From an uncultured bacterium (GTDB lineage Bacteria > Acidobacteriota > Thermoanaerobaculia > Multivoradales > JAHZIX01): a DNA stretch of 64,000 nt. The stretch is from assembly GCA_965368975.1 (NCBI GenBank), contig CBDUPA010000008.1, forward strand, positions 192,001 through 256,000. Reading direction: 5' to 3'. The notes below the pieces were generated by a model. That model was not told the DNA's origin. It searched no databases and saw only the letters and a list, made by a program, of their open reading frames with translations. The translations under genes were made by a program, and so were the position numbers. Below, piece after piece: positions 54,124-64,000 of this stretch; position 1 is the first letter of the stretch; every line of letters starts with the position of its first letter.

Positions 54124-57100
54124 TTACGTATCCGGGCGGTGGAGCAGCCGTTCGTCCACCTCGTCATCGGAGAGTTGCTCGATTTCCGTCAACAGCTGGT
54201 GTAGATCCTCGCCGCTGCCCGCCGCAGGGGCACCGTCCAGGCGAGATTCCAGGTCGGCCCGCAGCTTCTCGACACGGTAGGCCAGGGCTTCGAGGGTCGG
54301 GGCTTCGAAGAGGGTGCGCAGTGGTAACTCGACACCGATCCGATCGAGGACCGCTGCCTGCAGACGGCCAGCCAGCAGCGAGTGGCCGCCGAGGTCGAAG
54401 AAGTCGTCGTGGACATGGATCGAGGAGCTGTCGCCGGGCAGGTCGAGCAGTTGCTGCCAGATGGCGGCAAGACTCTGTTCGAGCGGCGTCCGCGGTGCCT
54501 GGAAGCTGCTCCTGTTGGTTCCGCCATCTGAACTGTCCGCCGATGCATCTGCCAAGCTGCGTGCCAGCTGACGTTGTAGCTCGACGCGGTCGACCACGCC
54601 GCGGGACGTCGGCAGTTTGTCGATCTGCAGCACGCGCAGGCCCGCCAACCCAACCATCGGCGGCTTGGCCAACGGCAGAGCTTCGCCGATCCAGCGCAGC
54701 AGCACGTCGACATCGAGCCGGACCTGCATACCAACGAAGGGTGGCGGACTGGCGACGGCGCACGCGGTCCATTGCAGCTCCCCATCTGCATCCCGGCACG
54801 CTACCACGGCAGCGGCCTGTACCGCCGGATGATCTTGCAGTCGTCGCTCGACGGCCAGCGGTTCCAGCCAACCTCCGTCCGTGGTCCCGATGGCCCGCAG
54901 CGGCAGGCGTCGCACGTCCGTCTCGGGGGCCTCGCAGACCGCGCGCAGCAAGGCCTCGAAGCCCTGTAGCAGACTGCGGATGCGGGCCTCCTGGAAGAGC
55001 GCGCGGCGGTAGTGCAACTCGATGTCGATGCTGGGTGCCCGCTTTCCTTCGATGCTGGGAGTCTGGTCGCCTTCGCTGATCGACTCCGTGCATTCGCGGA
55101 CGTAGAAGTTGAGGTCGAACTTGGCCGCGGCTTCTCCGAAGTCGAGCAATTCGATCGTCAGGTTTGGGAGCTGCAGCGGCGCCGAAGGTAGGTTGAGCAG
55201 GTTGAACGAGACCTGGTAGAGCGGCGTGTGGTTGAGCGACGGTTCCGGCTTCAGCGCCTGGATCACTTGCTCGAATGGCACATCCTGGCGCCCGTAGGCG
55301 GCCAGCACGGTACGTCGGGTGCGCTGCAAGAACTCCGTGAAACGGAGCGACGCGTCCGCGTTGGTGGGACGCAGATCGCCGTGCAGCACCAAGGGGTTGA
55401 TGAAGAAGCCGATCAGCTCTTCGGTTTCGCGCCGCGTGCGGCCGGCGATCGGCGAACCGAGCAGCACCCGGTCCTGACCGCTGAGGCGCCCGAGCAGTAG
55501 CTGCAAAGTGGCCACCAGGGTCATGAAGAGCGTGCAGCCGTGATCGCGGCTGAGGGTGCGCAGCCGTGCGCTCAGCTCGCCGTCGAGTTGCCAGTGCACA
55601 CGACCCGCACGCGTGTCGTTGGTGACCTCGCCGCGCGGTCGGTCGGTGGGCAGTGCCAGCAAGGTCGGTGCTCCGTCGAGTTCCTGCACCCAGGCGTCGA
55701 TCCGGGGCGCCAGGGCTTCAGCGTCGAAGACCTGCTGCTGCCAAGCGGCATAGTCGGCGTATTGAAGACGTGGGGGTTCGGAGCCTGGATGCACTCCCTG
55801 CTGCGCCTTGTACCCCTCTGTCATCTCCCGGAAGAAGAGCCCCAGGGACCAGCCATCGAAGGCGATGTGGTGGACGTTGATCAGCAGGGCGTGCCGGTCG
55901 TCGCTACCGCGCTGAGGGCTCAGACGCACCAACGAACCGCGCAGCACCGGCGTCTCGCCGGGGCCGCAAGCTGCGTCAGCGGCGAGCGGGAAGGGGCGCA
56001 GGAATTCGACCTGCGTCAGGCGTTGCAATTCGGCTCCCCGCGCGGCCAGCGGCAGGGCGCTGAGGTCGATCACTGGCAAACTCCAGCGCTCGGGGCTCGC
56101 GGAGAGCGCCAGCACGACCTGTTCGGCGATGTCGGGCCGACCGCGATAGCCGCTGCGCAGGACCTCGTGGCGTTGCAGAATGCGTGCGATGGCCGTTGTC
56201 AGCGTACGCACCTCCATTGTTCCTCGCAGTTCGGCGAAAGCTGGCAGGTGGTAGGCGGGCCCGGCGGCACCCATCTGTTCGAGGAACCACAAGCGCTGCT
56301 GACCGAAGGAAAGCGGAGCGCCTTCCCCTGGTTCGTACCCCGTCCGGGGACGAGGCACCAGCGGTAGTTCGGCGGCCCTGGTTCCGTGATCTGCATCGAG
56401 CGCTTGGCGCACCTCGACGGCCAGCGCCGCCGGCGTCGGGTTCTCGAACAGGGTGCGCAGCGGCAGATCGACGCCGAACAGCTGCCGCAGACGCGACATG
56501 ACCTGCGTTGCCAGTAGCGAGTGACCGCCGAGCTCGAAGAAGTCGGTGTCCGGGTCTTGTTCCCTTACCGGTCCCAAGAGTTCCCGCCAGATGTCGAGCA
56601 GAACCTCTTCGAAGGCGTCGCGCGGCGCGTGGGGTCCGGATGTCGGTGCGGGCTCGGCCGAATGCGCGCCGGTGTTGGCTTCGGCGTCCGGCTCGGGTAG
56701 GGCTCGATGGTCGAGTTTGCCATGGGCGGTCAGCGGCAGCGCGTCGAGCAGGATGACGACGGCCGGCACCAGGTAGTCGGGCAGGCGTCCGCGCAGCCAG
56801 ATCCGCAGTTCGGCGGGCTCCAGGCTGTCCTGCACGGGCACCACGTAGGCGAGCAAGCGCAAGTCGCCGCTGGCGCCCGGACGTGCGAGGACGGCGGCGC
56901 GCTCGACACTCGCATGCTCCCCGAGCACCGCGGCCACCTCGCCCGGCTCGACGCGGAAGCCACGAATCTTGACCTGCTGGTCGCGCCGGCCGAGAAATTC
57001 GAGCGTGCCGTCCGCACGGCGGCGTGCCAGGTCACCGGTGCGGTAGAGCCGGCTTCCCGTCCCGTTCGCGGACGGTTTGTCGTCGATCGCCGTCGAATAG

Positions 57101-60100
57101 GGATCAGGAACGAACTTCTCAGCGGTCAGGGCCGGCCGACCGAGGTAGCCGCGTGCCAGGCCGTCGCCGCCGGTGCATAGCTCGCCGGGAGCCCCGAGGA
57201 GGGCCAGCTGCAGTCGGCAGTCGAGCAAGTGGACGCGTGTACCGAGCAGCGGCCGTCCCAGCGGGATGCCCCGCGAAGTCGAAGCGAGGGTCAGTTCGGC
57301 CCAGGTGGTGAAGGTCGTGTTCTCAGTCGGCCCGTAGCCATTGCCCAGATACCCGGGAGGTGCGGGGCTCTCCAGAACCCGTCGGACGGCGTTGAGCGGC
57401 GGCGCTTCGCCACCCACGTGCAGGTGATCGAGGGGAGCGAAGGCGTCCGGTTGGACGGCGACGATGCGCTGGAAGACGGTGGCGGCCAGGAACATGCCCG
57501 TGACGCGTTGCCGGCGCAGGTGGCGCGCCAGGCGCGAGGGCGACAGCAGGGTGTCGCGCGTCACGCCGACCACCGTGCCGCCGTGCAGCAGGGCCCCCCA
57601 GAGCTCGTAGGTCGCCGCGTCGAAGGACGGTGTGGCGGCCTGTGCCAGGCGGTCGCCGGGTCCGAACTTCTGAAAGTTGGGCGCGCCGGTGTCGTGACCG
57701 AGGCCGGTGTCGTGACCGAGGACGAGGCGCAGCACCGCGCGCTGAGGTACCGCGACCCCCTTGGGGCGGCCGGTGGAACCAGAGGTGTAGAGCACGTAGG
57801 CGAGGGAACCCGGGTCGACCACAGTGGGGGGCGAAGGGTGGGGCGAAGCGTGCAACCACGCGTCGATGCTGTCGATGACGAGACGGGCACCGCTGTCAGC
57901 GCGCAGCCAGGAGCGGCGCGCCTCCGGCAGTTCGGGGTCGATCGGCACGTAGGCACCACCGGCCCACAGCACGCCGAGCATGGCGACCAGCAGGTCGATG
58001 CCGGTCGCCAGCTCCAGCCCGACCAGCTCGTCGGGGCGCAGCTGTTGCCGGCGCAGGGCACTGCTGGCCCTGGCGGCACGGCGCGCCAGCTCATCGTAGC
58101 TCAGATGCTGGCGACCGTAGACCGCGGCAACGCCATCGGGGCGCTGGGTGGCGACATCGGCGAAGCGGGTGGCAAGACCTTGCCGTGGCACGGCGATGGC
58201 GGTGTCGTTGGTGGCGAGCAGCAGCTGGTGCCGTTCGGCGTCGTCGAGCAACGGCAGCGTGTCGACGGGCACGTCCGGGGCGGCTGCGGCGGCGTCGAGC
58301 AGACGGCCGAGGTGGCGACACAGGCGCAGGATCGTCGTGCGGTCGTAGAGGTCTGGGTCGTAGGAAGCGGCGCCCATCAATGTGGCCTCGCTCGTCTCGG
58401 TGGCCGCTGCTGGCCGCAGGTGCACTTCGAGGTCGAAGTGCGTGCTGTGCAACTCGACCGGGAAGCCCGCCAGTTCCAGGTCACCGAGCCTGCCGCCCGG
58501 CTCCGGTGCGTTCTGCAGGGCGAAGCTGATCTGGAACAGTGGGTTGCGCGACAGGTCGCGTTCCGGCGCCAGCGCCTCGACCAGGCGCTCGAAGGGCAGG
58601 TCCTGGTGCGCGAAGGCACCCAGAACGCCGGTGCGCAGCCGCGCCAGCAACTGGCGGAAGGTCAGCGTCTCGCCATGGTCGTTGACCAGGCGGCAGCGCA
58701 AAGCCAGGGTGTTGATGAAGACACCGATCAGGTCCTCGACCTCGGTGCGCTGACGGCCGGCGACGGGCGAGCCGAGGATCATGTCGCGCTGGCCGCTGGC
58801 ACGTCCGAGCAGCGTCGCGAAGCCAGCCAGCAGGACCATGAACAGCGTCGTGCCGCTGCCCGAGACCTCGCGCGCCGTCAGGTGTTCGATGCGTGGCAGC
58901 AGGCCGGGCGGTAGCGCGAAGGCCAGCTGGGCACCCCGGAAGCGCGCCACCGCCGGCCGTGGCCGGTCGGTCGGCAGGTCGAGTTGTGGTGGCCGGCCAT
59001 CGTCGCCGACCAGCTGACCACGCCACCAGTCGAGCTGGTCTTCGAGCAGGCCGCCTTGCAGCCAGGAACGCTGCCAGGCGGCGTAGTCGGAGTAGTGGAT
59101 GGGGAGAGGCGGCAGAGAGACCGGAGCCGCCCCCTGTGGCGTAGCCGTATCCGGTTCCGGGCTCAGGGCCCGGAACCACGCCCGATACAGCGCATCCAGG
59201 TCCCGCCCCAAGATCCCCAACGACCAGCCGTCCGACGTGATGTGGTGCAGGCTCAACAGCAACACGTGACGCTCGGCGCCCAACCGCAGCAGCGAGGTGC
59301 GTAGCTGCGTCTCGGTGTCGAGACGGAACGGTCGTCCGGCCTCGGCTGAACCCAGGCGCCGTGCTTCTGCCTCGGCAAATTCGCCCAGCTGGCCGAGGTC
59401 GACCACCGGCAGTGGCCGCCAAGCCGGTGACCGCTGGACGCGCTGTGCCGGTTCGCCATCGCATACCTCGCCGTCGAGCACCTCGCCGTCGAGCACTTCG
59501 CTGTTGAGCACCATGCCGTCGTGCACCACGAAGACCGTGCGCAGCGTCTCGTGACGGGCGACCAAGGCAGTGAAGGCTCGCGCCAAGGCCGTATGCTGTA
59601 GCGGACCGCGCAACTCCCAGGCCACCGGCACGACGTAGAACGGGTTGTCCGGCACCAAGCGCTCCAGGAACCACAGCCGGCGCTGGGTAAAGGAAGTCGG
59701 TGCCGAGGAGTGCAGCAGGGTGCCATCTTCGCTTCGGGGCAGGGGCTCAAGCGGTGGCAAGCGGGGCGTGTCGTGCCCGGCGCCCGCGCGCAGACGCGGT
59801 GCCAGCAGCGCGATGGTGGGTGCCTCGAACAGCACTTGCACGGGGAGGTCGATGTCGAACGCCTTCTGGATGCGTGCCGCCAGGCGGGTGGCGAGCAGGG
59901 AGTGGCCGCCCAGTTCGAAGAAATCCGCGTCGACGCTGATCTGCGGCAGCTGTAGCGCCTCAGCCCACAGCTGGGCCAGCCGTTCTTCGGTCTCGTTACG
60001 CGGTGCCTGGTACTGGTTGGGACCGGACCGGGGCGCTGCCTCGGCGGAGTTTTCGGCCAGCAGAGCCAGTGCCTTGCGGTCTACTTTGCCGCCGGCCGTG

Positions 60101-63100
60101 CGCGGCAGCTGCTCGACGCATACGTAGCGCGACGGCAGCATGTAGGCAGGCAGGTCGTCGGCCAGGAAATCGCGTAGCTCGCTGTCCTCCGGTCGGCTGT
60201 TTTCTGGTCGGCTGTTTTCTGGTCGGATGTTCTCCGGTCGGCTGTTCTCTGGTCGGATGGGGTTGGATGCCGGTGTGCCGCCCGTGGCGATCACCAGGTA
60301 GGCGCTCAGGCGTGCCGCGTCTGCCGCTCCTTCCAGCAGCAGAGCGCACGCGGTGACGCGCGGATGGCGGGCGAGCCGGGCTTCGATCTCGCCCAGCTCG
60401 ATGCGGAAGCCGCGCAGCTTGACCTGCTGGTCGACGCGGCCGAGGAAGTGCAGTTCGCCCGTGGCGTCGCGGCGCACCAGATCGCCGGTGCGGTAGAGGC
60501 GGTGACCACCGGGGACCCGCACCCCCGAAGGGGACAAGAGCTTGGAGAAGGAGTCGGGGACGAACTTCTCGGCGGTCAACGCCGGTCGATCCAGGTAGCC
60601 GCGTGCCAAGTGGCTGCCGCCGATGCGCAGCTCGCCGTGGACACCGGCCGATAGCAGCCCGCCGCGCGGGTCCGTGACGAACGCGGGCACGCCGACAATC
60701 GAGTGTCCCAGCGGCGCGATGCCGCCGCGCTGCAGGTCGGCCGGGTGCAGGCGACGTTGGGTGCCGTACACCGTCACCTCGGTGGGGCCGTAGAGGTTGT
60801 GCAGGGCGACGGAAGGGTGGCGCTCGGCCCAGCCGCGCAGGCGCTCGAGCGGCAGCGCCTCGCCGCCGAAGAGCACGGTGTGCAGGGCGCCTAGCTGGGG
60901 ACCTCCCGCGTCGACGGCGTCGAGTTGCGGGAAAGCGGTGGGTGTCTGGTGCAGCACGGCGACGGCCTCGCGCGCCAGCCACTGGTGCAGCGTTTGTGGC
61001 GCGCGCGTGACCCTTCCAGGCACTAGCAGGCCGCGACCCCCTCGGCTGAGCGTGGCCCACAGCTCCCAGACGGAGAAGTCGAAGGCGTAGGAGTGGAGTA
61101 GCGCCCAGGTATCGCCTGGACGTGTCGCCAACCACGGCCTCGACGCACGCAGCATGCGCACGGCGTGCGCGTGCTGCAGCAACACACCCTTCGGCGTGCC
61201 GGTGGAGCCGGAGGTGTAGATCAGGTAGGCGAGATTCTCCGGCGCTGAGGCTTCCAGGGCGTCGGGGGCTTCCGGGGCGTCGGGGGCGTCCGAGGCGTCC
61301 GAGGTGTCCCCTTCCGCCAGGGCTCCGGGCAGCGCCATGTGGAGCACCTCGATACCGGCCGGGCCCGTGAAATCCGCTGCTGTGAAGTCCGCACCGTCGG
61401 CGCCAGTGAGCAGCAGGCGGGCGCGGGAATCCTCCAGCAGCTGGCGCCGACGACCGGCTGGCTGCGCCGGATCGAGCACCAGGTAGGCGCCGCCGGCTTG
61501 CAGGATCGCCAGTAGCGACACGGGCAGTTCGAGCCTGCGCGGCAGCTGCACGGCCACGACGTCGTCGGGACGCACGCCACGGGATCGCAGCGTTTGGGCC
61601 AGGCCGGTGGCGCGCCGCTGTAGCTCTCCGTAGCTCAGCTGGTACGGCGGCGCGCACAGCGCGATGGCGTCGGGCGTCGCGGCGAGCCAGGGGTCGAGGA
61701 CGCGGTGGAGCAGGTCGGCAGGGCTCTTCTGGGTAGGGGCCCCCCACTGTGGGCGCCCTCCGATGTCCGTTTCAGCCCCGACGCGGTCCGGCCATTCGAT
61801 CAATAACTGCTGGCGTTGCCCCGGGCCGAGCAGCTGTAACTCACCCACCGGCGTCGACGGATCCGCCAGCACGCTCTCGAGCAGGTGTACCAGGTGATGG
61901 TGCCAGCGGCCGATGGTGGTGAGATCGAACAGATCGCTGTTGAACTCCAGGAAGGCGAAACCGCGGTTGCGGGTCTCGTCGAAGCCGGTGTAGAGGATCA
62001 AGTCGACCTGCGAGGTGAAGTCTTGCACGTCGCCCTGGTCGACTGGCAGGTCGCCGAGTTTCATGTCGGGCATCGGGATGTTCTGGAAATTGAACATGGT
62101 CTGGAACACCGGCGGGTAGGCGGGGTCGCGGTGTCCCTGGATGCCCTGCACCAGCATGTGGAAGGGCAGGTCGCGGTGGTCGAAGCCCTCCAGCACACGG
62201 TCGTGCATCTGAGATAAGAACTCGTGGAAGGGCATGGCCGGATCGACGCTGGCGCGCAGCACCAGCGTGTTGACGAAGAAGCCGACCAGGGCCTCGGTGC
62301 CGGCCTGGTGCCGGCCCGCCATCGGGCAGCCGGTGAGGATCTCGCGCTGACCGCTGAGGCGCTGCATCAGCAGGCTCCACAGCGCCAGCATGTAGACGAA
62401 GGCGGTGGTCCCGGCGCCGCCGTGGGCGCTGACCATGTGTTCCCACAGGCCGTCGGGGAAGACCTCGAACCAGCGGTAGCCGTCGAAGGTCTGGCGCGCT
62501 GGCCGTGGTCGGTCCGTGGGCAACTCGAGCACGAGCGAGGCACCCTCGAGGTGCTGCTTCCAGTAGGCCAGGTCAGCGTCCAGCACACCGGCCTCCTTCT
62601 GTTCTTGCTGCCAGCGCGAGAAGTCGCGGTAGTGGTAGCGCGGCGTCGGTAGAGTCTCGGGCGGCGCACCGCCGTAGACCGCGTGCAAGTCCTGGAACAG
62701 CACCGCCATTGACCAACCGTCGGAGACGATGTGGTGCATCAACAACACCATGACGTGGTCTTCGTCGTCGATCCGCAGCACGATCGGTCGCCACAGCGGG
62801 CCGCGCTGCAGATCGTAGGCGGCGCGACCACCGGTGACGGAGACATCTTCCCAGGCTCGTTCGCGGTCGTCCTGGCTCAGACGCCGCAGGTCGACCAGCG
62901 GCATCGGTGTACGCTGTCGCGGTGGCTGGATGACCTGCAGGCCTTCGCCGTCGACATTGCGGAAGGTGGTGCGCAAGCACTCGTGACGCGTCTCGGCGAC
63001 GCTCAAGGCGTGCTGCAGATCGGCGGTGCGCAGCCGGCCTTCCAGGCGGTAGGCCAGGATTGGTAGGTTGAATGCCGGATTGCCGGGGGCGATCTGGTCG

Positions 63101-63432
63101 AGCACCCAGATGCGCTCCTGCATCAGCGACAGGGGGGCGAAGATCTCGCCGTTTGGACCCAACTCGTCCGTCGAAGGTGGCCGCGCTTGTGGACCGTTGG
63201 CGGCAGCGCCCTGGTCGGACGCCTGGCGGTTCTTGCTGGCTGCCCAGCGCTCGCGCAGCGATTGCCGGCGTGGCGCCGCTACAGGGGCGCGAGCGTCGTC
63301 GACAGCTGGTTGCGCGGATGTCGGTTGTTGCGACGCTTCGATCTCGCGCTTCTGCTGGAGGCGGCGTTCGAGTATAGCTCTCTGGGCCGGCGTTAGCGAC
63401 GCCAGCCGATCTTGCAGATTCTTGGTACTCAT
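54124..63432 (-). CDS. NRPS, 3102 aa: C-A-T-C-A-T-C-(Asub remnant)-T; no TE or E domain
   Basis: C motifs HHIVSDG, HHITSDG, HHIAFDG; two YTSGSTG cores; three GGHSL carriers; acidic tail. Confidence 0.97.
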   Translation of the reverse strand: MSTKNLQDRLASLTPAQRAILERRLQQKREIEASQQPTSAQPAVDDARAPVAAPRRQSLRERWAASKNRQASDQGAAANGPQARPPSTDELGPNGEIFAPLSLMQERIWVLDQIAPGNPAFNLPILAYRLEGRLRTADLQHALSVAETRHECLRTTFRNVDGEGLQVIQPPRQRTPMPLVDLRRLSQDDRERAWEDVSVTGGRAAYDLQRGPLWRPIVLRIDDEDHVMVLLMHHIVSDGWSMAVLFQDLHAVYGGAPPETLPTPRYHYRDFSRWQQEQKEAGVLDADLAYWKQHLEGASLVLELPTDRPRPARQTFDGYRWFEVFPDGLWEHMVSAHGGAGTTAFVYMLALWSLLMQRLSGQREILTGCPMAGRHQAGTEALVGFFVNTLVLRASVDPAMPFHEFLSQMHDRVLEGFDHRDLPFHMLVQGIQGHRDPAYPPVFQTMFNFQNIPMPDMKLGDLPVDQGDVQDFTSQVDLILYTGFDETRNRGFAFLEFNSDLFDLTTIGRWHHHLVHLLESVLADPSTPVGELQLLGPGQRQQLLIEWPDRVGAETDIGGRPQWGAPTQKSPADLLHRVLDPWLAATPDAIALCAPPYQLSYGELQRRATGLAQTLRSRGVRPDDVVAVQLPRRLELPVSLLAILQAGGAYLVLDPAQPAGRRRQLLEDSRARLLLTGADGADFTAADFTGPAGIEVLHMALPGALAEGDTSDASDAPDAPEAPDALEASAPENLAYLIYTSGSTGTPKGVLLQHAHAVRMLRASRPWLATRPGDTWALLHSYAFDFSVWELWATLSRGGRGLLVPGRVTRAPQTLHQWLAREAVAVLHQTPTAFPQLDAVDAGGPQLGALHTVLFGGEALPLERLRGWAERHPSVALHNLYGPTEVTVYGTQRRLHPADLQRGGIAPLGHSIVGVPAFVTDPRGGLLSAGVHGELRIGGSHLARGYLDRPALTAEKFVPDSFSKLLSPSGVRVPGGHRLYRTGDLVRRDATGELHFLGRVDQQVKLRGFRIELGEIEARLARHPRVTACALLLEGAADAARLSAYLVIATGGTPASNPIRPENSRPENIRPENSRPENSRPEDSELRDFLADDLPAYMLPSRYVCVEQLPRTAGGKVDRKALALLAENSAEAAPRSGPNQYQAPRNETEERLAQLWAEALQLPQISVDADFFELGGHSLLATRLAARIQKAFDIDLPVQVLFEAPTIALLAPRLRAGAGHDTPRLPPLEPLPRSEDGTLLHSSAPTSFTQRRLWFLERLVPDNPFYVVPVAWELRGPLQHTALARAFTALVARHETLRTVFVVHDGMVLNSEVLDGEVLDGEVCDGEPAQRVQRSPAWRPLPVVDLGQLGEFAEAEARRLGSAEAGRPFRLDTETQLRTSLLRLGAERHVLLLSLHHITSDGWSLGILGRDLDALYRAWFRALSPEPDTATPQGAAPVSLPPLPIHYSDYAAWQRSWLQGGLLEDQLDWWRGQLVGDDGRPPQLDLPTDRPRPAVARFRGAQLAFALPPGLLPRIEHLTAREVSGSGTTLFMVLLAGFATLLGRASGQRDMILGSPVAGRQRTEVEDLIGVFINTLALRCRLVNDHGETLTFRQLLARLRTGVLGAFAHQDLPFERLVEALAPERDLSRNPLFQISFALQNAPEPGGRLGDLELAGFPVELHSTHFDLEVHLRPAAATETSEATLMGAASYDPDLYDRTTILRLCRHLGRLLDAAAAAPDVPVDTLPLLDDAERHQLLLATNDTAIAVPRQGLATRFADVATQRPDGVAAVYGRQHLSYDELARRAARASSALRRQQLRPDELVGLELATGIDLLVAMLGVLWAGGAYVPIDPELPEARRSWLRADSGARLVIDSIDAWLHASPHPSPPTVVDPGSLAYVLYTSGSTGRPKGVAVPQRAVLRLVLGHDTGLGHDTGAPNFQKFGPGDRLAQAATPSFDAATYELWGALLHGGTVVGVTRDTLLSPSRLARHLRRQRVTGMFLAATVFQRIVAVQPDAFAPLDHLHVGGEAPPLNAVRRVLESPAPPGYLGNGYGPTENTTFTTWAELTLASTSRGIPLGRPLLGTRVHLLDCRLQLALLGAPGELCTGGDGLARGYLGRPALTAEKFVPDPYSTAIDDKPSANGTGSRLYRTGDLARRRADGTLEFLGRRDQQVKIRGFRVEPGEVAAVLGEHASVERAAVLARPGASGDLRLLAYVVPVQDSLEPAELRIWLRGRLPDYLVPAVVILLDALPLTAHGKLDHRALPEPDAEANTGAHSAEPAPTSGPHAPRDAFEEVLLDIWRELLGPVREQDPDTDFFELGGHSLLATQVMSRLRQLFGVDLPLRTLFENPTPAALAVEVRQALDADHGTRAAELPLVPRPRTGYEPGEGAPLSFGQQRLWFLEQMGAAGPAYHLPAFAELRGTMEVRTLTTAIARILQRHEVLRSGYRGRPDIAEQVVLALSASPERWSLPVIDLSALPLAARGAELQRLTQVEFLRPFPLAADAACGPGETPVLRGSLVRLSPQRGSDDRHALLINVHHIAFDGWSLGLFFREMTEGYKAQQGVHPGSEPPRLQYADYAAWQQQVFDAEALAPRIDAWVQELDGAPTLLALPTDRPRGEVTNDTRAGRVHWQLDGELSARLRTLSRDHGCTLFMTLVATLQLLLGRLSGQDRVLLGSPIAGRTRRETEELIGFFINPLVLHGDLRPTNADASLRFTEFLQRTRRTVLAAYGRQDVPFEQVIQALKPEPSLNHTPLYQVSFNLLNLPSAPLQLPNLTIELLDFGEAAAKFDLNFYVRECTESISEGDQTPSIEGKRAPSIDIELHYRRALFQEARIRSLLQGFEALLRAVCEAPETDVRRLPLRAIGTTDGGWLEPLAVERRLQDHPAVQAAAVVACRDADGELQWTACAVASPPPFVGMQVRLDVDVLLRWIGEALPLAKPPMVGLAGLRVLQIDKLPTSRGVVDRVELQRQLARSLADASADSSDGGTNRSSFQAPRTPLEQSLAAIWQQLLDLPGDSSSIHVHDDFFDLGGHSLLAGRLQAAVLDRIGVELPLRTLFEAPTLEALAYRVEKLRADLESRLDGAPAAGSGEDLHQLLTEIEQLSDDEVDERLLHRPDT
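60181..60259. repeat. In-frame 15-bp tandem repeat (RPEN[S/I], about 5 copies) in NRPS A1 subdomain
   Basis: ggtcggctgttttct-like units. Confidence 0.9.
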
Positions 63433-63488
63433 GTGGGTGGGAACTCTCGATCAGGAGACCGTGGCACTCCAGCCCTAGCACTTCGTCC

Positions 63489-64000
63489 TTATTGGGGAGT
63501 CAGGCGGGCGTCCACCTCGTCGTCCGATAGGTTCTCGATCTCCGCCAACAGGTCTTGAAGGTCATCCCCGGAGTCACTGGGTGTGCGCAGCTGCTGCGCG
63601 GTGGACTCGACAATGCGCGCGGCCAGGTCGGCCAAGGTGGGGGTTTCGAAGAGCGCGCGCAGGGGCAGTTCGAGAGCGAATTCGTCGCGAATCGCTGAAA
63701 TCAGACGTGCTGCCAGCAAGGAATGTCCACCCAGATCGAAGAAATCCGAGAAGACGCCGACGTCCTCGCGCTCCAGCAAACGCTGCCAGATGTCGACCAG
63801 CGTCTGCTCGACGGCGTTGCGTGGCTCGACGGACGGCGCGCTGGCGCCGCCGGCGCTGGTCACTTGCTGCACCAACTCGCGTCGGTCGAGCTTGCCACTG
63901 GCGGTGCGCGGAAGACGTTCGAGTTGCAGTACTGCCGCGGGCACCTCGTAGGCCGGCAGCTGTTCACCGAGCCAGGCGCGCAGAGCGTCACCGTCGAGCT
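63489..64000 (-). CDS. 3' end of an upstream NRPS (A subdomain-T-docking tail); partial
   Basis: LPRTASGKLDRR (A10 with Lys), FFDLGGHSLL, tail DLQDLLAEIENLSDDEVDARL; frame is open to the window edge. Confidence 0.93.
   Translation of the reverse strand, partial: LDGDALRAWLGEQLPAYEVPAAVLQLERLPRTASGKLDRRELVQQVTSAGGASAPSVEPRNAVEQTLVDIWQRLLEREDVGVFSDFFDLGGHSLLAARLISAIRDEFALELPLRALFETPTLADLAARIVESTAQQLRTPSDSGDDLQDLLAEIENLSDDEVDARLTPQ

Noticed and set aside
57229-61747. Long alternative-frame or antisense ORFs (57229..58914 +, 59996..61747 -, and many similar ones across the window)
   Set aside because: They overlap well-supported genes, are Arg/Pro/Ala-rich and motif-free, as expected for shadow ORFs in GC-rich DNA.

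Overview
GC-rich bacterial chromosomal window; gene content is compatible with an Acidobacteriota- or myxobacteria-like organism (inference only). From left to right it contains: (1) a C39-peptidase ABC exporter locus with an unusual pseudo-receiver/GAF/HlyD fusion adaptor and a second, divergent adaptor; (2) housekeeping and signalling genes (DUF481 outer-membrane protein, flavin reductase, guaA with an upstream 16-bp tandem repeat, hybrid histidine kinase, gpsA, cinA, HD-GYP regulator); (3) a duplicated pair of secreted PA-domain zinc metallopeptidases, one with HExxH changed to HDxxH, flanked by two related small secreted proteins; (4) a nuclease-less, motif-degenerate EcoKI-type HsdR homolog downstream of a DUF4178-lipoprotein-DUF350-speE-J-domain-YbjN-pspA operon; (5) patatin-like, O-antigen-ligase-like and S9 peptidase genes, a rimB-like gene and an AstE-like gene with an apparent rimK deletion scar between them, and a Ser/Thr kinase; (6) about 26 kb of an NRPS cluster that runs off the right edge. 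The strongest novelty candidate is the NRPS architecture. Two paralogous megasynthetases both end in a conserved C-(A-subdomain only, no catalytic Lys)-T module, have no thioesterase, and carry similar acidic docking tails and non-standard A-domain pockets. All calls come from reading motifs by eye; no database searches were run.
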